DNA of 64,000 nt from Octopus sinensis (GCF_006345805.1 NC_042997.1:25358001-25422000); one strand, 5' to 3'; shown: positions 1 through 11,245, numbered from the stretch's first letter. The notes: generated by a model from the sequence alone, not told the origin. A program made the numbers and translations.

Positions 1-606
1 CTCATCTTCTTGGCACATCTCCAAATTCACCCTCGAGCACTCGACGCGTTCTTGCTTCTGGAAAGACGTGAGCAACCTGGGAATCCATCTGGCAGACACC
101 TTTTGCATATGCAAATGGTCATGAATGATAGTTTCCACAGACCCGGTACTAATCTTGACTCATGGGCTATTTGGCGAATAATTATGCGTCGATCTTCCAA
201 AATTGCAGCCTCAACTTGACGGACAGATGCCTCATCAATGGCAGAAGGGGCGACAGTTCTGGGAGCTGTTTCCACAGAGTTCCGACCATGTTTGAATTCA
301 CGATGCCAGCGTTTTACAAGGTCATATGATGGGGCATCATCACCATAAGTTACTTTCATTTCATCAAAAGTCTCCCGTGGTGTGCGTCCTTTCAAATACA
401 AAAACCGGATCACTGCTCGACACTCAACAGGCTCCATTTCACACTTGACTCAGTTCAAACACCTGTAAATCAGAAACCACAATTAATTCAGAGCTGTAAT
501 TTGCCACTTACTCTATAGAGATATAAATGATTGCACATGCAAAATTTCAGCTAGATCAAACAAATGCAAGTGGGTCAGAGGCATTACTTATTGAACGTCC
601 CTCGTA
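1..606 (-). mobile_element. Mariner transposon, left end plus N-terminal transposase (runs off the window)
   Basis: ORF 437..27 encodes a mariner HTH region (MEPVECRAVIRFLYLKG...VKRWHREFKHGR). After a 1-nt frameshift near 160 the other frame continues VKISTGSVETIIHDHLHMQKVSARWIPRLLT (WVPHEL-type motif). The terminus reads TA|CGAGGGACGTTCAATAAGTAATGC on the - strand (606-581), a mariner-like TIR with TA target. Confidence 0.92.
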
Positions 607-901
607 TATATATATGAGTGTGTGTTTGTGTATCTATATATGCATTGATACCTGAATGAATGGGTGAATTTATGTATAGATCAACAAATCGATGGACAAA
701 AAGGGAGATGGAAAGAGACACTGTTGATTGGATCTCAAGATAAAAGGGTGTGTGCGGCTCATTTTCTTCTACTGACCCTCCGTACTGAAAGGAATGAGAC
801 AGGAAGATATCTTGAAACCCAATGGCCGGTCTGAATTCTTGCAGCAGAAGGAAATTCTGCAAAAGCCAATCAAAGCATCAGATAGTGGTGCTAAACTTAA
901 A

Positions 902-1018
902 GGTGGCGAGCTGGCAGAATCGTTAGCACGCCGGGCGAAATGCTTATCGGTATTTCGTCTGCCGCTACGTTCTGAGTTCAAATTCCGCCGAGGTCGACTT
1001 TGCCTTTCATCCTTTCGG
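902..1018 (+). mobile_element. SINE family A, 5' part
   Basis: Head GGCGAGCTGGCAGAATCGTTAGC...GAGTTCAAATTCC followed by GGTCGACTTTGCCTTTCATCCTTTCGG, matching many other copies in the window. Confidence 0.85.
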
Positions 1019-1499
1019 ATGACGTATTTACACCTAGGAAGCAATCAGGCGGACATTTACTGCAAGGTATTGGTTCCAACGTTCTTACAATTTAGCTGGT
1101 CTATTGCCTTCGACTTGACGACCATTTTTAAAGCCCCGAAAGAATGAAAGTGGAAAGTCGAACAAGATAGAATTTGAACTCAGAAACGCAAGTAGATTGA
1201 GCAAACGTCGTGAGTCAGTCTTAGGAAACACTCCCGACTCTCTCAATTCGGGTACGTAGGATTGATGTATTGATTTATGGATGGATGGATGGATGGATGG
1301 ATGGCATGATCACTGTATGTATAAATGTATGCATCAATGTGCACACATGGATGAATGAATGGATAGATGAATAGACAGATGTACGGGTGGCTGAATAAAT
1401 AGATTATACAGAGAGGAATGTTAGACTGTATCAACGAATGAATGTATAACCTGTGAATTCTATTAGTCTTTGAATGGGTGGAGGCAGGAATAAATGATG

Positions 1500-1645
1500 T
1501 GTATGTATGTATGCATGCTTGTGTGCATGTATGTATGAATGTATGTATGTATGTATGTATGTATGTATGTATGTATGTATGTATGTATGTATGTATGTAT
1601 GTATGTATGTATGTATGTATGTATGTATGTATGTATGTACGTATG
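1500..1645. repeat. (TATG)n microsatellite
   Basis: Direct reading. Confidence 0.95.
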
Positions 1646-1964
1646 AGATGAATATATGAATTGACGGATTGAATGTTACATTAGTAGATAGATGGATATA
1701 GTAATGGACGGATGGATGATAAACGGATGACTAGATTAATGGGTACATTGATGGATGCATGGAGGGATGGGTAGAAGGAATGGGGTTACCATTCTTATTA
1801 CCAATAAGCCTCCGACTTATTGGTAATATGAAGCATAATTCTGCCAATATTATCTAATAATTTAAATATAGTTCTATCACCAAATGAAAACATTGGCAGC
1901 CACAATCACCAGTACACCGGAAGTAAATCCATAAGGCGTTTCCTCCGATACTTTGTCAACAAGT

Positions 1965-1999
<35 letters not shown>

Positions 2000-2024
2000 T
2001 TTAACAATAATAGTAAAATTTTAA

Positions 2025-2254
2025 TCTCTTTATTGCCCATAGAGGGCTAAACATAAAGGGAACAAACAAGGACAGACAAAGGGGATTAAGTCAATTACAT
2101 CGATCCCAGTGCACAACTGGCACTTATTTAATCGACCCCGAAAGGATGAAAGACAAAGTCGACCTCGGCGAAATTTGAACACGGAACGTAACAGCAGAGG
2201 AAATACATTTAAGCATTTCGCCCGGCGTGCTAACGTTTCTACCAGCTCGCCGCC
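2025..2254 (-). mobile_element. SINE family A, one unit plus head
   Basis: Same sequence as 18260-18676 and 61577-61981, sitting between (AAT)n tracts. Confidence 0.9.
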
Positions 2255-2255
<1 letters not shown>

Positions 2256-2292
<37 letters not shown>

Positions 2293-2296
2293 TAAC

Positions 2297-2332
<36 letters not shown>

Positions 2333-2362
2333 GATGACGATGATGATGATGATGATGATGAT
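2256..2362. repeat. (AAT)n/(GAT)n microsatellite
   Basis: Direct reading. Confidence 0.95.
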
Positions 2363-2567
2363 TCTTTCAAACTTCAGGTAAAGGCCAGCAGTTTTGAGGG
2401 AAGGGGCTAGTCGACAACATTGACCCTATTACTTGATTGGTATATATATGTTTGACTCTCATAAAGATTGAAAGGTAAAATTGAGTGGGAATTGAACTCG
2501 GACAGTAAAGACCCAGAAGAAATGCCGCTAATCATTTTGTTCGATGCACTCTTGATTCTGCCAGCTC
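2362..2567 (-). mobile_element. Degenerate SINE family A
   Basis: Diverged match to the family A tail, B-box and head. Confidence 0.65.
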
Positions 2568-2589
2568 AATGTCTTAACAACAATCATAA

Positions 2590-2751
2590 GCGCAGGAGTG
2601 GCTGTGTGGTAAGTAGCTTGCTTACCAGCCACATCGTTCCGGCTTCAGTCCCACTGCGTGGCACCTTGGGCAAGTGCCTTCTACTATAGCCGCAGGCCGA
2701 CTAAGGTTTTGTGAGTGGATTCGGTAGACGGAAACAAAGAAGCTCTTCGTA

Positions 2752-2813
<62 letters not shown>

Positions 2814-3032
2814 ATGTGTGTGTGTGTATGTTTGTGTGTCTGTGTTTGTCTCCCTAACATTGCTTGACAACCGATGCTGGTGTGTTTATGTCCCCGTCAC
2901 TTAGCGGTTCGGCAAAAGAAACCGATAGATTCAGTACTGGACTTACAAAGAATAAGTTCCGGGGTCGATTTGCGCGACTAAAGGCGGTGCTCCAGCATGG
3001 CCACAGTGAAATGACTGAAACAAATAAAAGAA
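2590..3032 (+). mobile_element. Composite SINE B/C with internal (TA)n(TG)n
   Basis: tRNA-like head (A box TGGCTGTGTGG, B box GGTTCAGTCCC), then ACCTTGGGCAAGT, a microsatellite at ~2749-2826, and a 3' module ending CAAATGACTGAAACAAATAAAAG. Confidence 0.9.
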
Positions 3033-3035
3033 TAA

Positions 3036-3243
3036 TTGTTTCAAATTTTGGCACAAGGCGAGCAGTTTTCGCGGGAGTGTGGTAAATCGATTACAGCTAC
3101 TTCATTTTTCATCTGGTAATTAGTCTATCGACCTTGAAAGAGAAAAAGACAAATTCGACGGAATTTGAACTCAGAACGTAAAGGTGTACATAATGAGGCT
3201 AAGCAGTATGTCCGGCGTGCGAATGGTTCCACCAGCTCGCTGT
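3036..3243 (-). mobile_element. Degenerate SINE family A
   Basis: GAATTTGAACTCAGAACGTA and CCAGCTCGC head motif. Confidence 0.7.
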
Positions 3244-3244
3244 C

Positions 3245-3426
3245 TTAACAACACCAGCCACAGCAGCAGCAACACGCCGTTCAAGAATTTGGACCAGGAG
3301 ATCTCCATTGCCAGCGACTTCGAGGGCCACCTCCCAGTGGTGTCGGGCGTCAACGAAGAGCCCTCGACTACAACAAGACCACCAAAGTTTTTTTTCTCTC
3401 CAAGGTCTGGGGTCTCCCGCCCCTAA
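3245..3426 (+). CDS. Candidate coding exon of an unidentified gene
   Basis: GC-rich island with strong third-position G/C bias in the frame of ORF 3184..3426 (NNTSHSSSNTPFKNLDQEISIASDFEGHLPVVSGVNEEPSTTTRPPK). The - strand frame sharing the same third positions is also open, so the strand is uncertain. No clean splice sites. Confidence 0.3.
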
Positions 3427-3499
3427 GCCCTAGACAATCACCTAATCACCCTTACCCATCTTGTTGCGTAACAACAACACCAACAACAGCAGCAACAGA

Positions 3500-3730
3500 A
3501 ACAGGAACAGCAATAATAATATTGATGATGATGATGTTGATGGTGATGATGATGATGATGATGATGATAATGTTACTGAGATTATGACGACGACGATGAT
3601 GATGATGGTGGTGATGGTGGTGGTGGTGGTGATGATAAATGATGATGATGATGGTGGTGGTGGTGTTGGTGGTGGTGGAGGTGGTGACTGTGGTGGTGGT
3701 GTTGATGATGATGATGATGATATTGATGAT
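3500..3730. repeat. (AAC)/(GAT)/(GGT) triplet low-complexity tract
   Basis: Direct reading. Confidence 0.9.
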
Positions 3731-4339
3731 GAATTAGAACGTTATCAGTGTATCCATGTTTCTGCTAAATATTACTCACATACACACACGCACACATATA
3801 GAGCCATAAGCTAGTTTGTTGGTGAATCTATAAGCTACTATACTATCTGTGGATGATGGGAAATGCTTAAACAATTCCCGATGAGAATTCAATAACACTC
3901 TTTGCTAAGCAGATCGATCATTCTTTTCCGGTCAGAGAGAGAAAAACCAAGTGATGTAACAAATCTGTTTACTTTTCGTTACAGCAGCAGCTATATTGCG
4001 TGTATATGTCTGAAACATTCAATTTTGTGATGCCGCGAATCGAATAATAATCGCACAGCAAAAAAATAAAACAGTGCATTTCTGTTCACCGTAAAATATA
4101 ATTGAATCTTTGTCAATTACGGTGAGAGAGTTTTCGCGCAAGGTTTATTTCTAAATAACTGAATTAAGTTTTAAGTACGAACTAAAAAAAAAAAGAAAAA
4201 AAAAGAAAGAAAATAAGAACCAAGTAGATATGCAAGAATTTAGATATTTTTACATAGATTTTTTGACCATTATTGACCGAGACCATCTGTAATTTAATAG
4301 CACAATTTATTTTATTTTCAGGTCCTGAGTGAATTTGGT

Positions 4340-4343
4340 ACTA

Positions 4344-4384
<41 letters not shown>

Positions 4385-4391
4385 ACTACTT

Positions 4392-4423
<32 letters not shown>

Positions 4424-4507
4424 GCTGCTGCTACTACTGCTGCTGCTACTACTTCTACTACTACTACTACTACTGCTGCTGCTACTACTGCTGCTGCTAC
4501 TACTACA

Positions 4508-4541
<34 letters not shown>

Positions 4542-4566
4542 CTACTACTACTACTATTACTACTAC
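4340..4566. repeat. (CTA)n/(CTG)n compound triplet repeat
   Basis: Direct reading. Confidence 0.95.
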
Positions 4567-5842
4567 ACCCCGTGTCTGTCTGTCTGCCAGTTTGTCTGAT
4601 TTATCTATAAATTAAAACTGTTATATACATATATAATATAATGTATATATGCATATATATATATGCATACATACACTCACACACACGTATACACATATAT
4701 ATACATATATATATATGCATATATGCATATGTATACTTGGGTACAGGACGTCACCAACAGTAAATAACATAAACACACCAACACCGGTTGTCAAGCTATT
4801 ATGGGGGACAGACACAGACACAATGACACATGATCATGCACACTCACGAACACACACGTAGTTATTTATCTATCTCTATAAAACTAAAACTCTAGGGATG
4901 TTTGTGTGTAAGAGAAAATTCTCAGAAATAGTATATTTTACCTTAATTTTTTACATATTTATTTTTCATACTTACCTTCGGCAGTGCAGTACAAATTTTT
5001 GTGACAATAGACCCTTTACTTATACGATTAAACACAATCTTTGTTATTTTTTTATGAAAAATATACATGGCTTTCATGACGTCAACACACATACACACAT
5101 ACAGAATACACATACATATAATGAATGTCATGGCTTGTCAATCAAACACAAACACACGTTCAATATCTGTGACATATATACACACATTGTCTTCGCGTTC
5201 TCTAAGAAAAAAAAAACGCCGAGTCTTTGACGAACACAATAATTTAGTTATTTGGAAATAGTATTAATTGAATGTGATTTCATCATCCAGAGTTCGTTAA
5301 TTTCCGTAATTTTTTTTTATATATTTACTTTTCTTTTAAAGTGAAAGATGTATGTACGTTTATATGAAATGGACGTGTGTGTGTGAAAGAGAGAGAGAGA
5401 GAGGAAGAGAGAATGAAAAAGAGAGACAGAGTGAGTGAAGGGGTATGTTCAGATGTATACGTACATATATCAATACATATGCATACATCTTTTTGCATGG
5501 ATTTACGCATGTGTGTTCGTGTGTGTGTGTGTGTGTGTGTGTGAGTGTGTGTTTGTATGTGTGAGAGAGCAAGAGAGGGAGAGAGAGTGTTCTCCTGTAT
5601 GTAAATGCGGGTCTCTCTCCCCCTCCCTCTCTCTCTCTCACAAACACACACACAGACACATACACACGATCATTTCATATACACTTTCATACATCTTTCA
5701 CTTTCTCCTCTCATTCATTTTAAGCAAAAGTAACAGGTGATTTTCAGGATAAAAATTCTTAAAAAAAAAAAGCTCCTACCCATGTAAATTGATTACCATT
5801 GTTTGGATAATTCCAATTAAATAAGTCCTGAAGTTAGGTTAT

Positions 5843-5869
5843 ATATACATACATACATACATACATACA

Positions 5870-5908
<39 letters not shown>

Positions 5909-5909
5909 A

Positions 5910-5968
<59 letters not shown>

Positions 5969-5977
5969 TATATATAT
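5843..5977. repeat. (CATA)n(TCTA)n(TA)n compound microsatellite
   Basis: Direct reading. Confidence 0.95.
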
Positions 5978-6238
5978 GAGTAGTTGAATGAATTATCTTG
6001 TTATGGATAATTCGGTTAACCGATACCTGGGTAGCAAATTCACACCAGAGAAGACACGTTTGACGTTACGTGCTTTCGTGTGGAAATTTGTATGTTTTTT
6101 TAAAAACTCACAAAAGAAAATTCACCATTCATTTGAACTGCACCCTTTCACCATCCTATTCTTATGCCTCTCTTCTCCTACTTCGTTTGAACCCTTGAAC
6201 CTTTAGAACCTTCTAGATTCTTCTACATCCAACCATTT

Positions 6239-6257
6239 TGACGTCACTCCTTATAAA
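6239..6257 (+). promoter_or_regulatory. CRE palindrome (TGACGTCA, 6239-6246) plus TATA box (TATAAA, 6252-6257)
   Basis: Both motifs read directly, ~90 nt upstream of the hammerhead. Function not shown. Confidence 0.35.
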
Positions 6258-6345
6258 GGAATTTCTTAAAGAGACACTCATTTTCACTATGGGCTCCGTG
6301 TGGGCAGTCATCTAAAAGTTTTTGTGCATCTTGATTTGACATAAG

Positions 6346-6442
6346 TTCCTTGCTTTTCCTGATGAGAAAGCGGCATAATATACTCCTTATTCCTTCGCAA
6401 TTAGGAATATGCAGCCTTCGAAACATGTCGAAAATAAAGGAA
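6346..6442 (+). ncRNA. Type I hammerhead ribozyme
   Basis: Core CTGATGA 6359-6365, GAAA 6420-6423 and GTC cleavage triplet 6427-6429. Stem I pairs TTCCTT-gc-TTTTC with GAAAA-ta-AAGGAA. Stem II pairs 6366-6377 with 6408-6419 (10 of 12, closing G-C). Stem III is the palindrome ACATGT. Confidence 0.85.
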
Positions 6443-6481
6443 TTTTGTTAATTCGTCGTTCAACTCCATTCTTTCATATAT

Positions 6482-6516
<35 letters not shown>

Positions 6517-6688
6517 TATATATATATATGTATATATATATACATACATACATACATATATACACACACATATGTATATGCAAGGGTGGTATATATATAC
6601 ATTGCGACTGAGGGTGTCGAAGCATATATATTACAAGAATTAAAAATCAAAAACTGTCAATGCTGCATGAAGTGCACAATATATATAC

Positions 6689-6825
6689 ACTGACAGGGAA
6701 TATAACTGCCCCATTAATGACTCTAGAATCATTGGGCTACACTAGGTTCGCCTATCAGTCGTACGCTCGTCAGCAGTGGTTAGTTACTCCATCGCTCGCT
6801 GCTTCGGCTAAATAGGACCGTCAGT
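6689..6825. mobile_element. Small TA-flanked MITE-like element
   Basis: Termini ACTGACAGG...CCGTCAGT inside TA-rich flanks; GC-richer than its surroundings. Confidence 0.4.
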
Positions 6826-6884
6826 ATATAAATATCAATATATGAATATATATACTAATATATATAAAGGTATCTACGCACAAA

Positions 6885-6942
<58 letters not shown>

Positions 6943-7053
6943 TACACACACACACACATACACACGCACGCATCAAATGTCTCAGTGCGTATCTTCTAAG
7001 AGCACAACTTTGTTGATACAAGTTAGAAAGAGAATCAGAAGTGTTGGGAGAAG

Positions 7054-7085
<32 letters not shown>

Positions 7086-7194
7086 TAAGAGAGGGAGAAA
7101 GAATGAAAGTGATTTGAAAATAGCGTTACTAATGTATTTAAGCAAATAGTTACATCCAAGTTCTAATGTCTAAAGTCAAGCTTGTGAATGCATA

Positions 7195-7395
<201 letters not shown>

Positions 7396-7736
7396 TGCAA
7401 TTATAAATCAGGGTATCTACGATATACCACCATGCTGAAAATAGCAACCATGATCTGACTGTAAAACCACCTTAATTGCCCATATATCAGCACAGAGAGA
7501 AAACAAAGAAACAAGATAAAACTAGTAAAAAATTACTGGATAATTCTAGATCCCGGATTTCTGACTTTTGCATTTAGAAATGCTTTGCCTCGTCAGTAGT
7601 ATACACACAGAAGAGAAACATAAATGCATATATGTATATAAATACAAAATACGAATACTTACATATACGAACGTATATCCACATATATATGCACGTATAC
7701 ATCATGGCCAGTTCAACATGCCCGCCGTTTAATCCC

Positions 7737-7782
<46 letters not shown>

Positions 7783-8658
7783 CAGATAGACATATATATA
7801 TGGACATATATATACTATAACTTATATACGCATACGGACATATTTAAAAACTGTTGGCGCATTGTATTGAGTATTAAAAATGATGTAACTGCAGAGGTTT
7901 AGATTGAATAAAATCAATTATAAAATTAAATAACTGCTACAAATGTTGCTTAATGTGATATAATTTAGTGTAAAATATATTTACTTATGGCTTTGGCGAA
8001 ATTTAAATCAGAAAATTTAGCACCTGGCGAAAATCGCCAATATTTCGCTCAGCCCGCTAACGTTCTGTCAGCACCATCGGTTTACCTGTAATGATAATTA
8101 CTTTCATTGCATTTATTTATCATTAGCAGTAAGTAAATAATATCATAAAAATTATAATAAAAATAATAAAATATAGCATGAAACAAATCCATTCGGGTAT
8201 TCGATATGTTTAAAACACATTTTGAACGATGTTGAACGCTTGTAGATACAAGAAATCTTCACGACACATTTTAGGCGATTGTAAATAGACCTTTTAAAAA
8301 TGTGCATTAAAGATCAAAGTTGTGAGGTATATTGTAGGCTAAACTTCAGTACAGAAATTTCAGTGCAAAAATTGCAATGTAAAATAACAATGATATGGTT
8401 CAAAAAAGTGCATTTAAAAGTAGCAGCTACAATATGACAATGAAAATAAAATAAGATGAAAGTAATGTAAAAATAATAATAAAATAAAATAAATATAAAA
8501 TAGAATAATAAATGAAATAGAAATAATGGTTTGTAAACAGTCAAAGGTCTTCTTGAAAGTCGAAAAATGTACAATGACTGTAATAATAAATGGTGTCTGT
8601 TTTTAGGTGAAAAAGTACGGTATTCTTTCACTAGACATTTTATACCTCATAGCATGTC

Positions 8659-8701
<43 letters not shown>

Positions 8702-8729
8702 CACACTCACACACACAAACATATTTATA

Positions 8730-8883
8730 ATGGGCTTCTTTCAGTTTCCACCTACCAAATGCATTGACAAGTCTTTGGTCGGCACGAGGCTGTAGCAGAA
8801 GATACTTGCCCGAGGTGTATGCAGTGGGACTAAACCCAGAAGCATATGAGTAGGAAGCAATCTTCTTACCACTCAGCCACTGA
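8730..8883 (-). mobile_element. SINE B head module
   Basis: Reverse complement of the B head seen at 2590 and 18958. Confidence 0.8.
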
Positions 8884-9078
8884 CGGCGGCCATGTCGCGG
8901 TACCAGGCTGAAGAATTGTAGTTGAGTGTTCACCATTTATGTACTTTTATGATGTCTGGTACTTAACACGTAGGTTTTTTTGCAAAAGCGCTACTTACAG
9001 AGACATAAACATACAAAACTTCTTTTAGTTTTCGCCTACCTAATACACTCACAATGAATTGATCGGCCCGAGGCTATA

Positions 9079-9416
9079 CTCTTTTGCTCTTTTACTTGTT
9101 TCAATCATTTGACTGCGGCCATGCTGGAGCACCGCCTTTAATCGAGCAAATCGACTCCAGGACTTATTCTTTGTCTCTTTTGCGAACCGCTAGGTTACGG
9201 GGACGTAAGCACACCGGCATCGGTTGTCAAGCGATGTTGGGGAGTGGGAAAACACAGACACACAAACGTATACACATACATATATTCATATATACGACGG
9301 GCTTCTTTCAGTTTCCGTCTACCAAATCCACTGAAAAGGTGCCATGCAGTGGGACTGAACCCGGAACCATGTGGTTCGTAAGCAAGCTACTAACCACACA
9401 GCCACTCCTACGCCTA
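9079..9416 (-). mobile_element. Composite SINE B/C with internal deletions
   Basis: C tail, short microsatellite and B head in reverse orientation. Confidence 0.85.
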
Positions 9417-9469
9417 TATAATGAAAAACAAAACACGGTTACCTTACCGAATGGAAAGGCGAATTTTGA

Positions 9470-9667
9470 CACCCTTTTCAAGGTCAGCAAAATATAGGCC
9501 GGATATTCTCCATTTCTGTCACATTTTTGTTTTTCTTGCATTACGCTACTACATCGATGACAAGGGTCTGCTTCTTGTGATGTATCTAGAAGATTGTTGT
9601 CTTGTAAAAATGCAACTGTTGTTTCGTCTGTAGAAATTATTTGTCAATAGAAATCCTTTAACAGCAT
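9470..9667 (-). mobile_element. Merlin/IS1595-like transposase N-terminal relic
   Basis: Translation MLLKDFY*QIISTDETTVAFLQDNNLLDTSQEADPCHRCSSVMQEKQKCDRNG resembles the DE..AI.FLQ..LL...CxxC...M start of Merlin transposases; one in-frame stop. Confidence 0.5.
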
Positions 9668-10811
9668 TGTAATGGTTAAAATTAACTCAGATTAAGAAGG
9701 AAAGAAAATGTAGACCACACGCTAAAAGTAATTTCACAGTGTAGACAGATTACTGCGGGAGACTGCACGCTAAAAAAAGCACCAAAGTATGTTATGAACT
9801 TCATTAGCTTACATCTGTTTCTGCTATAAGATGCAATGTACGCATAATTGAATGCATGATTACCACCCCATAGCTTCATCGGAGCTCCAAACATGGAGAA
9901 GATTTTCTCATTCCAATTTCTTATACATATATGATGGCACATCTAGTCTAGCTATATCTTTATCTTTCTGTGCACCTCTCTGTAACCTATGCATCTATTT
10001 ATATGTTTATATCTATCTTTTCCTCCCTCTCCAGTTGTTCATGCATACATACACACATTATATATATATATATATGTGTGTGTGTGTGCGTGTGTGTGTG
10101 TGTGTATGTAATGATGTATGTGTATGCGTGTGTGCGTGCGTGTGTGTCTGTGTGTGTTACGTCTGTGTGTGCTGGAAATATGTGTAGAAATCAAGCAAAA
10201 TATAAAGCGCATGCTTCTTTCAAAGAATCGCCAAAATGCTGCCGCTTCTACGCTTCAACTGCTTTTGAATTGGTGTCATTGCTTTCCTTCTTTTTAGTTG
10301 TTTACTCTGGACGAGGGAAATGTGATACGTCAATGACAGGTATCCTGTGACTGAGGAAATTTCATCCTGACCAGTTGACAGACCATATCATCGTCATGAC
10401 AAATCACCTTTCCATTTACGGGTAGGTTTCCATCTGGTCAGTTTTAATACAATCCACCGGATTGATCCAATCTATTCTGCCCACCTTCCGGTATCATGTA
10501 TACATGGTCATAAATAAACGGTGGAAATGCATTGAATGCACAAAAATTATTGCTTCATATAATTCGTACTAGAAATAATTTTTTACTTAGAACTTAAAAA
10601 TTCCATGAAAGTGTATGTGTGTGTATACAGAAGAATGTATACACATGGTAGTAATTGAATGGCATTTGAAATATAGAACGTAGTGGTGAAACTCAGAGTT
10701 TAACTCTAGAATTCGTACCCATAACTTGAAGCGATACAACAGAACACCGTAAGGCATTGTTAAAAAAAAATAACTATTTTTCTCTTCCACTGCCTTCGAT
10801 GCAGTGTTACT

Positions 10812-11245
10812 AATATTGGCTTCAGATTTTGACATAAGGCCAGCAATTTCGGAGGAGGAGTTGAGACGATTACATCGATTCAAGTGCTCAAATGGTACTT
10901 AATTTATCGATCCTGAAATGATGAAAGTCAATTCGATCTCGGCGAAATTTAAACTTAGAAGGATAAGACGAACGAAATGCTGCTAACCATTTAGTACAGC
11001 GTGCTAACGATTCTGCCTGCTCACTACTATCCGGTATTTAAAATACTGTGTTTAATTTTTGAAACAAATCCAGGAAATTCGGAGGAAAATTAAGTTAGTT
11101 ACTCAAAAGGTACTTATATTATCGGCACCGAAAGTATTAAAGACAAAACCGATTTCGGCGGAAATTGAACTCAGAAAGTAAAAACAGACGAAATGCCGCT
11201 AAGCATTTTGTCCGGCACGGTAATGATTCATCCATCTCGCTGCCT
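10812..11245 (-). mobile_element. Two tandem degenerate SINE A copies (10812-11030 and 11055-11245)
   Basis: Both carry the family A GGTACTT...ATCG...GAAA...CTCAGAA...GCTAA body. Confidence 0.7.

Larger units (their letters stand above)
5978..6475 (+). mobile_element. Putative Penelope-like/retrozyme-type terminal cassette carrying a hammerhead ribozyme
   Basis: ~500 bp of unique sequence flanked on both sides by (TA)n, containing TGACGTCA, TATAAA and a type I hammerhead. The class assignment is an inference from the known link between type I hammerheads and PLEs or retrozymes. Confidence 0.5.

Noticed and set aside
3293-3345. Resemblance of EISIASDFEGHLPVV to the PAK CRIB motif (EISLPSDFEHTIHVG)
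   Set aside because: The invariant Pro and both His positions do not match; no gene symbol assigned.
6248-6358. 111-nt symmetric exon on the - strand (KSKELMSNQDAQKLLDDCPHGAHSENECLFKKFLYK)
   Set aside because: Its apparent acceptor is the antisense of the hammerhead core and its donor is the antisense of the CRE motif, so the TE cassette explains it better. Not fully excluded.
7530-7605. Hammerhead-like CTGACGA...GAAA...ATC on the - strand
   Set aside because: Stem II is not closed next to GAAA and stem I has only 3 contiguous pairs.
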